Positions 42,254-51,722 of a stretch of 64,000 nucleotides of DNA are shown one piece after another. The notes under the pieces were generated by a model. It was not told where the DNA came from and made no database searches. It saw nothing but the letters and a program-made list of their open reading frames with translations. Position 1 is the first letter of the stretch. Each line of letters opens with the position of its first letter. Made by a program: the position numbers and the translations under genes. Source of the DNA: an uncultured Spirochaetota bacterium (GTDB lineage Bacteria > Spirochaetota > UBA4802 > UBA5550); NCBI GenBank assembly GCA_963827275.1, contig CAWHAA010000005.1, positions 689,474 to 753,473 on the forward strand. Direction: 5' to 3'.

Positions 42254-43078
42254 TTACTTCAGCGCGTCCGGGAAAAAAAGCACCGCGCCGTATTTTTTTA
42301 TCCCGAAGTCCTTTATCATCTTCTGCGTATCGGCGGCCACCCAGAAATCGGCGAATGCCTTTCCCCCCGCCGCGTTGGTCTTCGGAAATTTTTTCGCGTT
42401 CACTTCTATGACATGGTAGATGTTCAGGAGTGCCCCGTCGCCTTCGACGAGCACCGCGACGTCAATTTTGTTCTTCCGCGACAGGTAGGTCGCGCGGTCG
42501 CAAAGGGTGTAGCCTTTTTTTTCAACGACCACGGCCAGCGTCTGGCCCATACCGAGCCCGGTCTGCTGGTACCATTGTTCCCGTTCCGGGTCAAGCCCCG
42601 CCTTCTTCCAGAGCTTCAGCTCCATCACGTGGGTGCCAGACCGGTCGCCCCGGGAAATGAAGAGCGATTTCGATGCCGCGATCTTTTTGAACGCCCCGGT
42701 TGCGGTTTTGAGGCCCCTGATCTTCGCCGGATCGTCCTTCGGTCCCAGTATCACGAAATCGTTATGCATGACGATTCGCCGGTTCACGCCGAAGCCCTTT
42801 TTGATGAACTTCTCTTCAGCGTCCTTCGAATGCACAAGGAGAACGTCCGCCTCGCCCCGCTCGCCCATCGCCATGGCCTGGCCGGAGCCCACCGCGATCG
42901 TCTTGACCCGGTACCCGCTCTTTTTCTCGAACACGGGTATCAGCACGTCCAGCAGTCCCGTGTCCTGGGTGCTGGTGGTGGTGGCGAAGATGATGTCCTT
43001 CTGCTTCGCGTCGGCCTGGTGTGCGGCCAGGACCGCAAAAACAAGCACCGATAACAATCGGATTGTCATGTGGAACAT
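42254..43078 (-). CDS. tupA: Tungstate-binding protein TupA
   Basis: Signature ATTTS-TQDTGLL, AVGSGQA, SRGDRSGTH, GLGMGQTL. Confidence 0.95.
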   Translation of the reverse strand: MFHMTIRLLSVLVFAVLAAHQADAKQKDIIFATTTSTQDTGLLDVLIPVFEKKSGYRVKTIAVGSGQAMAMGERGEADVLLVHSKDAEEKFIKKGFGVNRRIVMHNDFVILGPKDDPAKIRGLKTATGAFKKIAASKSLFISRGDRSGTHVMELKLWKKAGLDPEREQWYQQTGLGMGQTLAVVVEKKGYTLCDRATYLSRKNKIDVAVLVEGDGALLNIYHVIEVNAKKFPKTNAAGGKAFADFWVAADTQKMIKDFGIKKYGAVLFFPDALK

Positions 43079-43269
43079 AGGTTACTCCTTATAATAATAT
43101 ACAAAGGATTAACGGGATCATTATTATCAAGCAGATCCTGCAAATCCAGTCAAAATACTGCCAGTATCAAGCATATAGGGATTTCGCCGTACAGATTTTT
43201 TTGCATTTTTTTACTTTTTAAGACTTTTTATTCTTGTAAGAATATTGGTCTATTAAAAAATCTTATAAT

Positions 43270-43330
43270 ATTACAAAATGTTACTATTTTTATCTAATTC
43301 CTTGACTGCCGGAAATAGCGTGCATACCAT
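43270..43330 (+). promoter_or_regulatory. Sigma70 promoter with phased RTTAC direct repeats upstream
   Basis: ATTAC 43270, GTTAC 43280, then TTGACT (43302)-17bp-TACCAT (43325). Confidence 0.65.
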
Positions 43331-43410
43331 AACTTTTCAAGAGCGATAATCGTATTAAAACCGGCAAAACAACATGGATATTATTTTAATGTTTTTTATG
43401 GTACTCCATC

Positions 43411-44098
43411 ATGATATATATCGGCCTTGATGACACAGATACGCTGAAATCACGGGGCACGGGGCGCCTTGCCAGAAACATCGCGACGATGCTCTCGTCG
43501 GATTTTACCGCTGCTCGGAGTGGTGCGCCATCAGCTCCTTCAGGATCCGCGTGTTCCCTTCACCAGCCACAACAGCAGCGCCACCATACTGCTGAATGAA
43601 AAATGCGATACTGACATTAATATATTATTCAAGAGAGTGAAGGCCCTGATGCTGGCCGATTTCCAGGTCGGCAGCGACCCCGGCCTGTGCGTGACGCGCG
43701 AGATACCGGACGCGGTCATTGAACACGGGCGCAATGCCCAGCAGAGGATCGTCACGCAGGCCGAGGCAAGGGAGCTCGCCCGGGAGCATGACATCGCCCT
43801 GGAAGGCCTTGGCGGCACCGAAGACGGCGTCATCGGCGCGCTGGCGTCGGTGGGCCTCACCGCGACCGGCAATGACGGGCGCTATCTCCTGACAGGCAGG
43901 GTGCGCGACCTGACAGGGCTCCTCCCGGTTGAGGCGGTGCTCGACGCGGGGGTGACGGAGGTGCGCACGATGGAGGGAGCGGCGGTCGCCTCGGGCATGG
44001 TGCTGTCGGACAAGATCAGGCCGGCGCGCCGCGGGGGCGCGCCCGTGGCCTATGTCGAATGGCGCGACGACCACTGGGAGCCGCTGAAGCTGAATTGA
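43411..44098 (+). CDS. TiaS N-terminal/Mmp11-like domain protein (frameshift near 43510)
   Basis: IYIGLDDTD..GTG, RHQLLQDPRVPFTSHNSS, SDPGLCV, GVIGALA; lacks the TiaS OB and Zn-ribbon domains. Confidence 0.65.
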
Positions 44099-44108
44099 GA
44101 TACACGGC

Positions 44109-45524
44109 ATGGTACAGATAAACGACCTAACCTACGCCTACCCCCAGAACGGCAGGGGGATCGGGCCCTACTCCTTCTCGGTGAAGACCGGGGAGATGCT
44201 GCACATCACCGGCACCTCCGGCTGCGGCAAGAGCACGCTGGCGCGCTGCATCACCGGGCTCATCCCCCACATATACACCGGAACGATGCGGGGGCGGGTC
44301 CGTGTCGGCGGTCATACAACAGAGGAGACCCCGCTCTGGAAGCTCTCGCGGACAGCGGGGTTCGTTTTCCAGAACCCGTCAATGCAGATGCTGGGCAACA
44401 GCATCGAGGAAGAGATACTCATCGGGCTGGAAAACCTCGGCCTTGACCGGGACGCGATGCGGGACCGGATGGAAGAGGCCCTCGGGCATTTCGGCCTCGG
44501 CGCGCTGCGCGGCAGGCGCCCCCAGACCCTTTCAGGCGGCGAGCAGCAGAAACTGGCGCTGGCGTCCATACTCGCGCGCCGGCCGCCGGTGCTGGTGCTG
44601 GACGAGCCTCTTTCAATGCTTGACGTTGTCGCTGCGTCGGAGCTCGCCGACCACCTGTCGGAGCTCGCGCGCGCCGGGGTGACCGTCATCGTGTTCGAAC
44701 ACCGGGCCGACTACCTTGCGGGAATCCCCGGGATACGCGTGATGCGCCTTGACCAGGCGACAGCGTCCGAACATGCATTCTTTCCTGCCCCGGGAAGGAT
44801 CGCGCCCGGACACGCCGCGGGAACGCGGCTCGACGTATCGGGCCTTGGCGTCAGGGCGGCCGGTAAAGAGCTGCTGAAAAACCTCAGCTTTTCGATTGAT
44901 CCGGGCGTCATCACCGCGGTGGTCGGCAGGAACGGGTGCGGAAAGACCACCATGCTCCGCGCGCTGGCCGGCCTGCAGAAACACGACGGGAGCGTGGCCG
45001 TTAACGGCAGGCGGCCGGACTTCGGCCAGGTCTATCAGAACGCCGACCTCCAGCTTTTCAACGCGTCAGTCCGCAGCGAGATACTCTACCGCGTGAAGGA
45101 CCCGGACATGACCCTCTACGCGTGGCTCCTGGAGACCCTGCGGCTCAAGCAGTACGAGAACACGCCGCCGCTCATACTGAGCGAGGGCGAGAAAAAGCGC
45201 GTGGCCCTGGCCGCGGTGCTGATGCACAACCCGGCCGACGGGATACTCCTTGATGAGCCGTCGCTGGGACAGGACATTGCCCACAAAACGATGCTCATGG
45301 AGATCTGCCGCGGCCTGGCGGCCCGGGGGAAGATCATAGTCATGACCACGCATGAACTGCATCTCGCGGCCATGGCGGACCGGCTGCTGCTCCTCGGCCC
45401 GGACGGCATCGCCGCCGACGGTACGCCGGAGAGGGTATTTCTCGACCGCGCCGCGTGGGAGCGGGCGGGGATGTTCGTTCCCGGCTGGATCGCGCCTCCC
45501 GGCGAGGAAGGCATCACGGCATGA
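44109..45524 (+). CDS. ECF transporter ATPase (fused A-A')
   Basis: Two ABC domains: GTSGCGKS/LSGGEQQK/LDEP and GRNGCGKT/LSEGEKKR/LDEP; FVFQNP Q-loop. Confidence 0.88.
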   Translation: MVQINDLTYAYPQNGRGIGPYSFSVKTGEMLHITGTSGCGKSTLARCITGLIPHIYTGTMRGRVRVGGHTTEETPLWKLSRTAGFVFQNPSMQMLGNSIEEEILIGLENLGLDRDAMRDRMEEALGHFGLGALRGRRPQTLSGGEQQKLALASILARRPPVLVLDEPLSMLDVVAASELADHLSELARAGVTVIVFEHRADYLAGIPGIRVMRLDQATASEHAFFPAPGRIAPGHAAGTRLDVSGLGVRAAGKELLKNLSFSIDPGVITAVVGRNGCGKTTMLRALAGLQKHDGSVAVNGRRPDFGQVYQNADLQLFNASVRSEILYRVKDPDMTLYAWLLETLRLKQYENTPPLILSEGEKKRVALAAVLMHNPADGILLDEPSLGQDIAHKTMLMEICRGLAARGKIIVMTTHELHLAAMADRLLLLGPDGIAADGTPERVFLDRAAWERAGMFVPGWIAPPGEEGITA

Positions 45525-46250
45525 TCGGCGGCTCCACCTACGGCATGACCGGCGCCATCGCGCTCGCGGAGGCTTCGCCCCTGCGCAGGGCGGACCCGCG
45601 CACCAAGCTGGCAATCTGCCTGTGCGCGTCGCTCGCCGTGATGCTCCCCCTTGAAAAGCTTGTTGCCTTTTTCCTCGTATATAGTATATTTATTACATGG
45701 GCGCGTCTTCTCCCTGAGGCGGTCCGGCAGGTCTGGAAGCTCAAATGGATACTGGGCGTGCTCTTCCTGGTTGACTGGATCGTGGTGTCGCCGGAGCTCG
45801 CCGTGGCCGTGACACTCAGGCTGGTGCTGATGGCCGGGGTATTCGCCATGTTCTTTTCCACGACCACGCCGTCCGAGTTGTGCTGCGCCCTGGTATGGCT
45901 GCGCGTGCCGTACCGTTACGCGTTCAGCATCGGCCTCTCCTTCCAGGCCGTGGGCAGCATCGACGATGAATGGCGCGGCATACTGGAGGCGCAGAGGGCC
46001 CGCGGCGCGTTCACGGCTCCTTCCGGGTGGCGCTACCTGACCGCAAAGGTACGGAACCTGGTATGCGCTCACCGTGCCGGCGGTGGTCCTCGCCGCGCGC
46101 CGGGCCTGGGCCATGACCGAGGCGGCGTACGCGCGCGGCTTCGATTCGCCGGACCGGAGCTCATACTCCCGGCTTTCCATGGGGGCGATCGACTGGCTCA
46201 TCATCGCCGGGGCATGCGTCATCGCCGCGGCATTAATATTGTGGAGGTAA
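45521..46250 (+). CDS. ECF transporter T component (CbiQ-like; frameshift near 46065)
   Basis: ADPRTKL, TTTPSEL, AQRARG and AYARGF (two ARG motifs). Confidence 0.85.
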
Positions 46251-46254
46251 CGAC

Positions 46255-46764
46255 ATGGGTACATCGCGTCGCATTCTTATCTCAGCAGGAATCATCATTC
46301 TGGCCGTTGTGACGATACTCGTCATCGATTCATTCCGCCGGGGCGGCGGTCTGTACCGCGCCCTGCACGAGGGAAAGGAAAAGTTTACCGCTGCATGCGT
46401 TCCGGTTTATTCAGGAGCGGCGCAGCCGGCCAGCTTCTGCGAGGCGGACGCGGCGAAGCTCGCTATAAAAAGCTTTGTGGACAAGGATGAGAACAAGAAG
46501 CAGGAAGGATGGCTCCTCCGCGACGTGGTGCTTCTCTCCGTCAAGAAGGAGAGCCTGAAGCCTGAAACACGGGTCCTGGTAGCAAGCTCAAGCCGCAACA
46601 AGAAGGCCGAACTGACCTGGAAGGACGTGTCCGACGAATCGAACATGGTCATCCTGGCGCCCACCAAGCAGGGCAGCCTGAAGCTCGCGTCGGCAATGAA
46701 GGGCCTCGATACCCGCGAGCAATGGGTCCAGGACGTTGACCGGATCGAGATCGTCCGTCAATGA
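46255..46764 (+). CDS. Membrane-anchored protein with molybdopterin-binding-oxidoreductase-like fold
   Basis: N-terminal TM; GWLLRDVV, VILA...G.LKL and C-terminal WVQDVDRIEI resemble the WVKWVxxIEV end of sulfite-oxidase-fold domains. Confidence 0.5.
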   Translation: MGTSRRILISAGIIILAVVTILVIDSFRRGGGLYRALHEGKEKFTAACVPVYSGAAQPASFCEADAAKLAIKSFVDKDENKKQEGWLLRDVVLLSVKKESLKPETRVLVASSSRNKKAELTWKDVSDESNMVILAPTKQGSLKLASAMKGLDTREQWVQDVDRIEIVRQ

Positions 46765-47307
46765 CCGAGCGCTACTTCTCCACGTTCCAGCTCTTCCTGC
46801 TCGCCCTCTTCGCGGCGCTCATCGTCGTGGCGAAGATCGCTCTGCACCTTCCCCTCCAGCTCTCCGGTCACTCCGGGATCTTCTGGATGGCGGTGATCAT
46901 CGTCGCCGCGCGGGTGGTGCCGAAGCGGGGCGCGGCAAGCCTGGTGGGGCTTACGTCGGGCATCATGGCCGCGTTCCTGGGCCTCGGCGACCTGGGCGGC
47001 CTGAACACCCTCTTGTCCTACACGATGGCGGGCGTCGGCGCGGACCTCGGACTGCTCCTCCTCCGCGACCCTGAAAACTACGCGTGCGCGGCGCTTGCCG
47101 GCACGTTCGGCCACCTGTGCAAGTTCATGGTGAAGTGGGCCTTCGGCATGATGTCGGGCGCACCGGTGGGGTTCGTCGCCCTCGGCCTCGCCAAGGCACT
47201 TGTCGGCTATCATCATCTTCGGCGCGCTGGGCGGCTTTTTAGGGGCCCTGACCCTCAGGGCGCTCAGGCGGGCGGGGTTTTTCACCTATTTGATGGAGAA
47301 AAAGTAA
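46761..47307 (+). CDS. ECF transporter substrate-specific S component (frameshift near 47210)
   Basis: About 180 aa, ~6 TM helices, ALFAAL, LSGHSGIFW, PKRGAASLVGL; same operon as the A and T components. Confidence 0.75.
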
Positions 47308-47403
47308 ATATCCGCATCAATCTCATCATATAGCAAATTGTCTTCATTGCTCAATTCGTTGAAATACAAAGGCAAAGTCTTCTCAAAAAATCAACCATAA
47401 AAA

Positions 47404-47559
47404 TGTCCGCCTGCAGGGCGGACAAACATATCGGGCGTCTGTCTGAAATCGAATCCCGCGAAGCGGGTTCGATGAGTTACGCCCGTAGCCAGTCGCGGCA
47501 CTTGAGCGACCGGGATGGGGGAGCGCGAGGGGGAAGGACGGAGTGTCCTTCACCCTCGC
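47404..47559. repeat. Multi-hairpin intergenic element (REP/MITE-like or ncRNA)
   Basis: Stems TGTCCGCC/GGCGGACA; CGGGCGT/ACGCCCG enclosing TCGAATCCCGC-GAA-GCGGGTTCGA; GTCGC/GCGAC; GCGAGGG.GAAGGAC/GTCCTTC.CCCTCGC. Confidence 0.65.
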
Positions 47560-47560
47560 C

Positions 47561-50068
47561 CTAAAGCTTCGCCTCGAATCCGCCGTAGCACATAAACCCA
47601 GGCCCGGGATTGAACGGGTCCGGGTTGTAATCATCGAGGATATTTTTAAAGAGCAGATACAGGGTAAAGTGCTCCCACATCTCCTGCGCCACCCGCACGT
47701 TCAGGTTGAACCGGTCATGCAGCCGCACCGCGGTAAAAAACTTCCTCGAATAATAGGCCGCGAACGGCGACGTCGGCTCGGGCGGCCGCACCTGCTGGGC
47801 GTACATGACCTGGTCGATAAGCGCGGTGCCCCAGAGCCCGAACGAGGTGCCGGTCGTGAATGAAAACCGGACGTCGGCGATGACCTGGTGGGCGGGCGTG
47901 TTTTCAAGGAATATCCCCTTGTTCACCGCCTCCTCCCACGAGGTGTCGCGGTTCCTTGCGTGGAGATAGACATAGGAGAGCGATGCATTGATGTCCATGA
48001 CGCCGGCGATATCCTTCTTTTCGTACGATACCGCCGTCTCCAGCCCGTGCGAGTCGACCCGCGAGATGTTCACCGGCGGCTCCTCGCCCCCGGCTATTTT
48101 TTCGATGCGGTTCTTCACGATGCTGAAAAAATAATCAGCGCCTAATTCGATTGACCCGTCCAGCAGGCTGAATTTCGGCCCGGCGTTGAAGTTATAGGAC
48201 CGCTCCGGCCTGAGGCCCCGGTCATAGAGAAGGTACGAGACCTTCTCGTACTCGCCCAGGGTCGGGAACCTCGTCTTCATGGAGAACGCGCCCCGGAGCT
48301 TCATTAGGTCCTTTACCGCGTCGAATACGATGCCCGCCACCGGGTTGAACGAGTCGCGCGTCCCCCAGATGAGCGAATCGTCCTTGACCATATACGCGCC
48401 GGTGTAAATATACGAATAATCAGCCGGCCGCGCTTTATGCGTGACAAAGTCCTGCGCGTCATAGGAGACGCCGGCGGTGATCTTCAGCCGGTCTTTGATG
48501 GATATCTCATCCTCTATGGCAACGGTGAGAAAATACGCCTTCAGGTAATTGACCTTGTACTTCGACATGCCGTAGAGCCTGTATGTCTCAAAGCTCCAGA
48601 GCGGCGACTTCGCCTGCTGGCGCGCGTCCATCTCGTCGCCGCGCCAGAGCAGGGCCATGGAAAGCCTGTTCCAGGACGCTATCCTGACCGACGGGTACAC
48701 CTGCACGCCGTAGGACACATAGGTCTTGTAGTCATACACGGGCTCATAGTAGGACGCGTCTTTTGAAAGGACCGCGGGCGGGTCCTTGGCATAGATGTGT
48801 GCGTTGTCGAGGTAACCCTCCTGCTTCGCGTAGGTCTGTGAGTAGAAGCCCTGCAGCTTCACGCTGAATATCCTGTGAGTGAATTTCAGGTAGGGCGACA
48901 CGCTGAACGCGTACTTCTCGGGCCAGGCAAAGGACCGGTTTGCCAGCGCGGCCTTTTTCAGGTCTTTGGGGATCATAAAATTGAAGACCGGCTCTCCCCA
49001 TGCCAGGTTATTGATCTTGTAGTCTCCGTAGCACCGGTTCTGGTAGGTGCTGGTATGCCCCGATCCGTAATTGAACCGCGCTGCAACGCCGACATCAAGG
49101 GCGTCGTTCAATTCATATCCCACCCGCGCGGAGGCGTTGTATTTCCTGTAATCGGCATGGTTCCAGCGTCCGGCATCGAGGAGGTACTGCCATGGCCCCG
49201 GTATGTTCATGGCCGCGGGGCCGGCGCCATATACATAATAGCGCACCAGCCTGTTCAGCCAGTCGAGCCGCTTCGCGCGGGTCAGGCTCCGTGATGGGCG
49301 GTATCCGTCCGAGTTCTGCGCCGAGCCGGTGACCCAGCCGTAGAAATTCTTGTAGGGTCCTCCCGCTGCCGCGTCGAAGGTATAGCTATTGTACATACCG
49401 TATTCGCCCCCGCCCTGCACGAACAGCCGGTCCGGTTTTTTCGAAACGATGTTGACCGCGCCCGCGGCGCCGCTCGTCCCGTAGAGCGCGGACGACACGC
49501 CCCGGTTCACGTAGATGCGCGAGATGTTCTTCACCGTGAGGTCGGAGATGTCGATGTCGGTCGCATACACGTCGGCCACCGGCACGCCGTCCACCAGGAT
49601 CGCTATCTTGTCCTGGTCGAAGCCGCGCATCTTCACGCGCTGGTGCCCCTTCTGGTGCGCCTCCACCTGCACGCCCGGCACCGTGGCGAGCGCCTCGTCG
49701 AGCGTCCGGTCCCCGTGCGCCTTCAGGTCCTTCTGTTTTAATTCGGTGGTAGTGGCGGCCTCGTCGATGTGGGCGATGGCCTCGCCCCGCACCACGATCT
49801 CGCCGATGGTGAAGACGCCGTGCTTTCCGCCCCTTCTCTTCCCGCGCTCGCCGTCTTCGCCATCTTTTTTTACGTCAGCGGGCGCATCTGCTTTCATATC
49901 TGCGGCGCTCTCAACAGCCGGCTTTTCTGCCGCCTCATCGGCCGGTCCAGGCTTTTGCGCGAAAAGCGGCGGTGATGACGCGAGTGCGATTATCGCCGCC
50001 AGAGCGGCAAGCACGACGCGCGCTTTCGCGCGCGACGTGCTTCTGAATGCTACCAGAGTCCAGCCCAT
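47561..50068 (-). CDS. TonB-dependent outer-membrane receptor 1
   Basis: TonB-box-like GEIVVRG, plug LATVPGV/MRGF/ILVDGVP/SALYG..GAVNIVSKKP, LRPERSYN, NILDDY. Confidence 0.92.
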   Translation of the reverse strand: MGWTLVAFRSTSRAKARVVLAALAAIIALASSPPLFAQKPGPADEAAEKPAVESAADMKADAPADVKKDGEDGERGKRRGGKHGVFTIGEIVVRGEAIAHIDEAATTTELKQKDLKAHGDRTLDEALATVPGVQVEAHQKGHQRVKMRGFDQDKIAILVDGVPVADVYATDIDISDLTVKNISRIYVNRGVSSALYGTSGAAGAVNIVSKKPDRLFVQGGGEYGMYNSYTFDAAAGGPYKNFYGWVTGSAQNSDGYRPSRSLTRAKRLDWLNRLVRYYVYGAGPAAMNIPGPWQYLLDAGRWNHADYRKYNASARVGYELNDALDVGVAARFNYGSGHTSTYQNRCYGDYKINNLAWGEPVFNFMIPKDLKKAALANRSFAWPEKYAFSVSPYLKFTHRIFSVKLQGFYSQTYAKQEGYLDNAHIYAKDPPAVLSKDASYYEPVYDYKTYVSYGVQVYPSVRIASWNRLSMALLWRGDEMDARQQAKSPLWSFETYRLYGMSKYKVNYLKAYFLTVAIEDEISIKDRLKITAGVSYDAQDFVTHKARPADYSYIYTGAYMVKDDSLIWGTRDSFNPVAGIVFDAVKDLMKLRGAFSMKTRFPTLGEYEKVSYLLYDRGLRPERSYNFNAGPKFSLLDGSIELGADYFFSIVKNRIEKIAGGEEPPVNISRVDSHGLETAVSYEKKDIAGVMDINASLSYVYLHARNRDTSWEEAVNKGIFLENTPAHQVIADVRFSFTTGTSFGLWGTALIDQVMYAQQVRPPEPTSPFAAYYSRKFFTAVRLHDRFNLNVRVAQEMWEHFTLYLLFKNILDDYNPDPFNPGPGFMCYGGFEAKL

Positions 50069-50094
50069 ACTGCAGACTTTTTCCGCTGCTTCGC

Positions 50095-51453
50095 TTAAGG
50101 AGCCACAAACAGACTGCCCGATTGCAGTTGCCAGTAACCATCGAAAGTGACTGATAACGGATTCGCACCGGAGTTTATTGTCAATGTCGAGGCCGTGCTG
50201 GTATATCCCACGCCATTATAAAGAATATACCGGTCATACCTGCCGTCAATATTGGTGCCAGTTCTATAATCATAGAATACAAGCACATAGTAAGAACCGG
50301 GAATTATATCCGCTACATCAATGGTGGCTGTACCGCCCGTTGTGGTGACAGGGCTCCCCGAAACGCCGGTGTAAATCGGCATGTACTGGTTGCGGGTTCC
50401 CGTCCCCAGCACACTGTATAAATACACACATATGTTCATGGTCCCCCGGTTCGCATCGTCAGGAGGAATAGGGCCATTATAGGTTGCACTCACGGAAAGA
50501 GTTCCACTTTCTGCCGTCGTAAGATAGGCTGCATCAGTCTGTAATACGCTTGTATCACCGAAGGTAATATCCGGCAATGTCATGTCTGCATTTACTACTA
50601 TGAATTGTTGCGCGTTCGCCCCATAGGGCGTGCCGGCAAAAAAAGTATACGGATCGTTCTCACTGTCGGGAGCAGTACCCTTGACTGAATCATAGAAAAC
50701 CAGAGCGTAATAACTCCCCGCCAGTACACCGTTCACGGGAATCGTATATTCAGTGCCGGGCGTTATTTCTGCCGTTGTGGAGGCAGAATTAATGGGTAAT
50801 GCCGGATTGGTCGTCGAAGTGCCCGGTGTCGAAGTATTGTAGAGATACACATAAATCCTCTTGCTGGCCTCGGATTCCGGCAAAGCTGCGGTGCCGGTAT
50901 ACGTGGCGTTAACTGTTACTGTATACGTAGTTGTTGACATAAAATAACTTTGAGTAAGAAGCACATTAGCATCAGTAAATGTTATTCCGCTCAATGTCAC
51001 ATCGCCGCTGATATTCACCTTTGAAGCAGAGGTTGTGTATGGGGTATTAGTGTACAGGACATAGGGATCGGTTTGATTGGCTTTATTTTCATTGTCGCCC
51101 CCATTAAGATCAAAGAAAACAAGAACAGAATAGTCGCCATCGCAGATACCGTTAATTGTAATACTGCTCAATCCCCCACTAACGATCGGGTCGGTCGTCG
51201 ATCCTCTATATACCGGCGCCGGGTCCCTGGTAGTGAGGCCAAGACTCCTGTATAAATACACATACATCTTGCCAGTTCCCACCGGTGTACCGGTTAGCGT
51301 TGTTGAGCCGGTATAGGTCGCCGTCACGGTCAGGGATGACTCGCCCTGACATTGTTGGAGAAAAAGCAGCGGATTGATCTCGTTGCTCTGTTCCTTGCAG
51401 GATGCGGCAAATAATATTATTCCAATGCACGCCAGTTGTATGATCTTTTTCAT
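50095..51453 (-). CDS. Surface lipoprotein with three tandem ~140-aa beta-rich repeats
   Basis: Lipobox FAASC; three copies of ATY.G...VYLY...G.Y..LVF.D...D.Y; AT-richer than neighbours. Confidence 0.82.
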   Translation of the reverse strand: MKKIIQLACIGIILFAASCKEQSNEINPLLFLQQCQGESSLTVTATYTGSTTLTGTPVGTGKMYVYLYRSLGLTTRDPAPVYRGSTTDPIVSGGLSSITINGICDGDYSVLVFFDLNGGDNENKANQTDPYVLYTNTPYTTSASKVNISGDVTLSGITFTDANVLLTQSYFMSTTTYTVTVNATYTGTAALPESEASKRIYVYLYNTSTPGTSTTNPALPINSASTTAEITPGTEYTIPVNGVLAGSYYALVFYDSVKGTAPDSENDPYTFFAGTPYGANAQQFIVVNADMTLPDITFGDTSVLQTDAAYLTTAESGTLSVSATYNGPIPPDDANRGTMNICVYLYSVLGTGTRNQYMPIYTGVSGSPVTTTGGTATIDVADIIPGSYYVLVFYDYRTGTNIDGRYDRYILYNGVGYTSTASTLTINSGANPLSVTFDGYWQLQSGSLFVAP

Positions 51454-51570
51454 TCCAGCCTCCATTTTATATCATTACAGAGTAAAACTGTAATAATTTC
51501 ACTTTATGTCAATGATAAATTGTAGCTATTAGTTAACAAATAGCTGTATTTATATCTATATTTTTTTATT

Positions 51571-51628
51571 TTCACTATTAATTACATTTAGTTACTAATT
51601 GTTACAAATTATTACAATTTTCTTGACA
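51571..51628 (+). promoter_or_regulatory. Phased 10-bp direct repeats abutting a -35 box
   Basis: ttcactatta/ATTACattta/GTTACtaatt/GTTACaaatt/ATTACaattt then TTGACA at 51623; a well-spaced -10 is not obvious. Confidence 0.7.
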
Positions 51629-51722
51629 AATTAATTCCATAAATAATGTTTTACATATGTTTAATATAACATAATTGGCCGGCTTTTATCAGCCATTATG
51701 CCTATGATCTTGTGGAGGATTT

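Noticed and set aside
43080-43410. Moco/Wco riboswitch upstream of tupA or the ECF operon
   Set aside because: The region is AT-rich with no recognisable multi-stem GNRA architecture; protein-binding repeats explain it better
51460-51720. Cobalamin riboswitch or Fur box controlling the TonB receptors
   Set aside because: No GGGAA/GCCACTG B12-box elements and no clear GATAATGATAATCATTATC match
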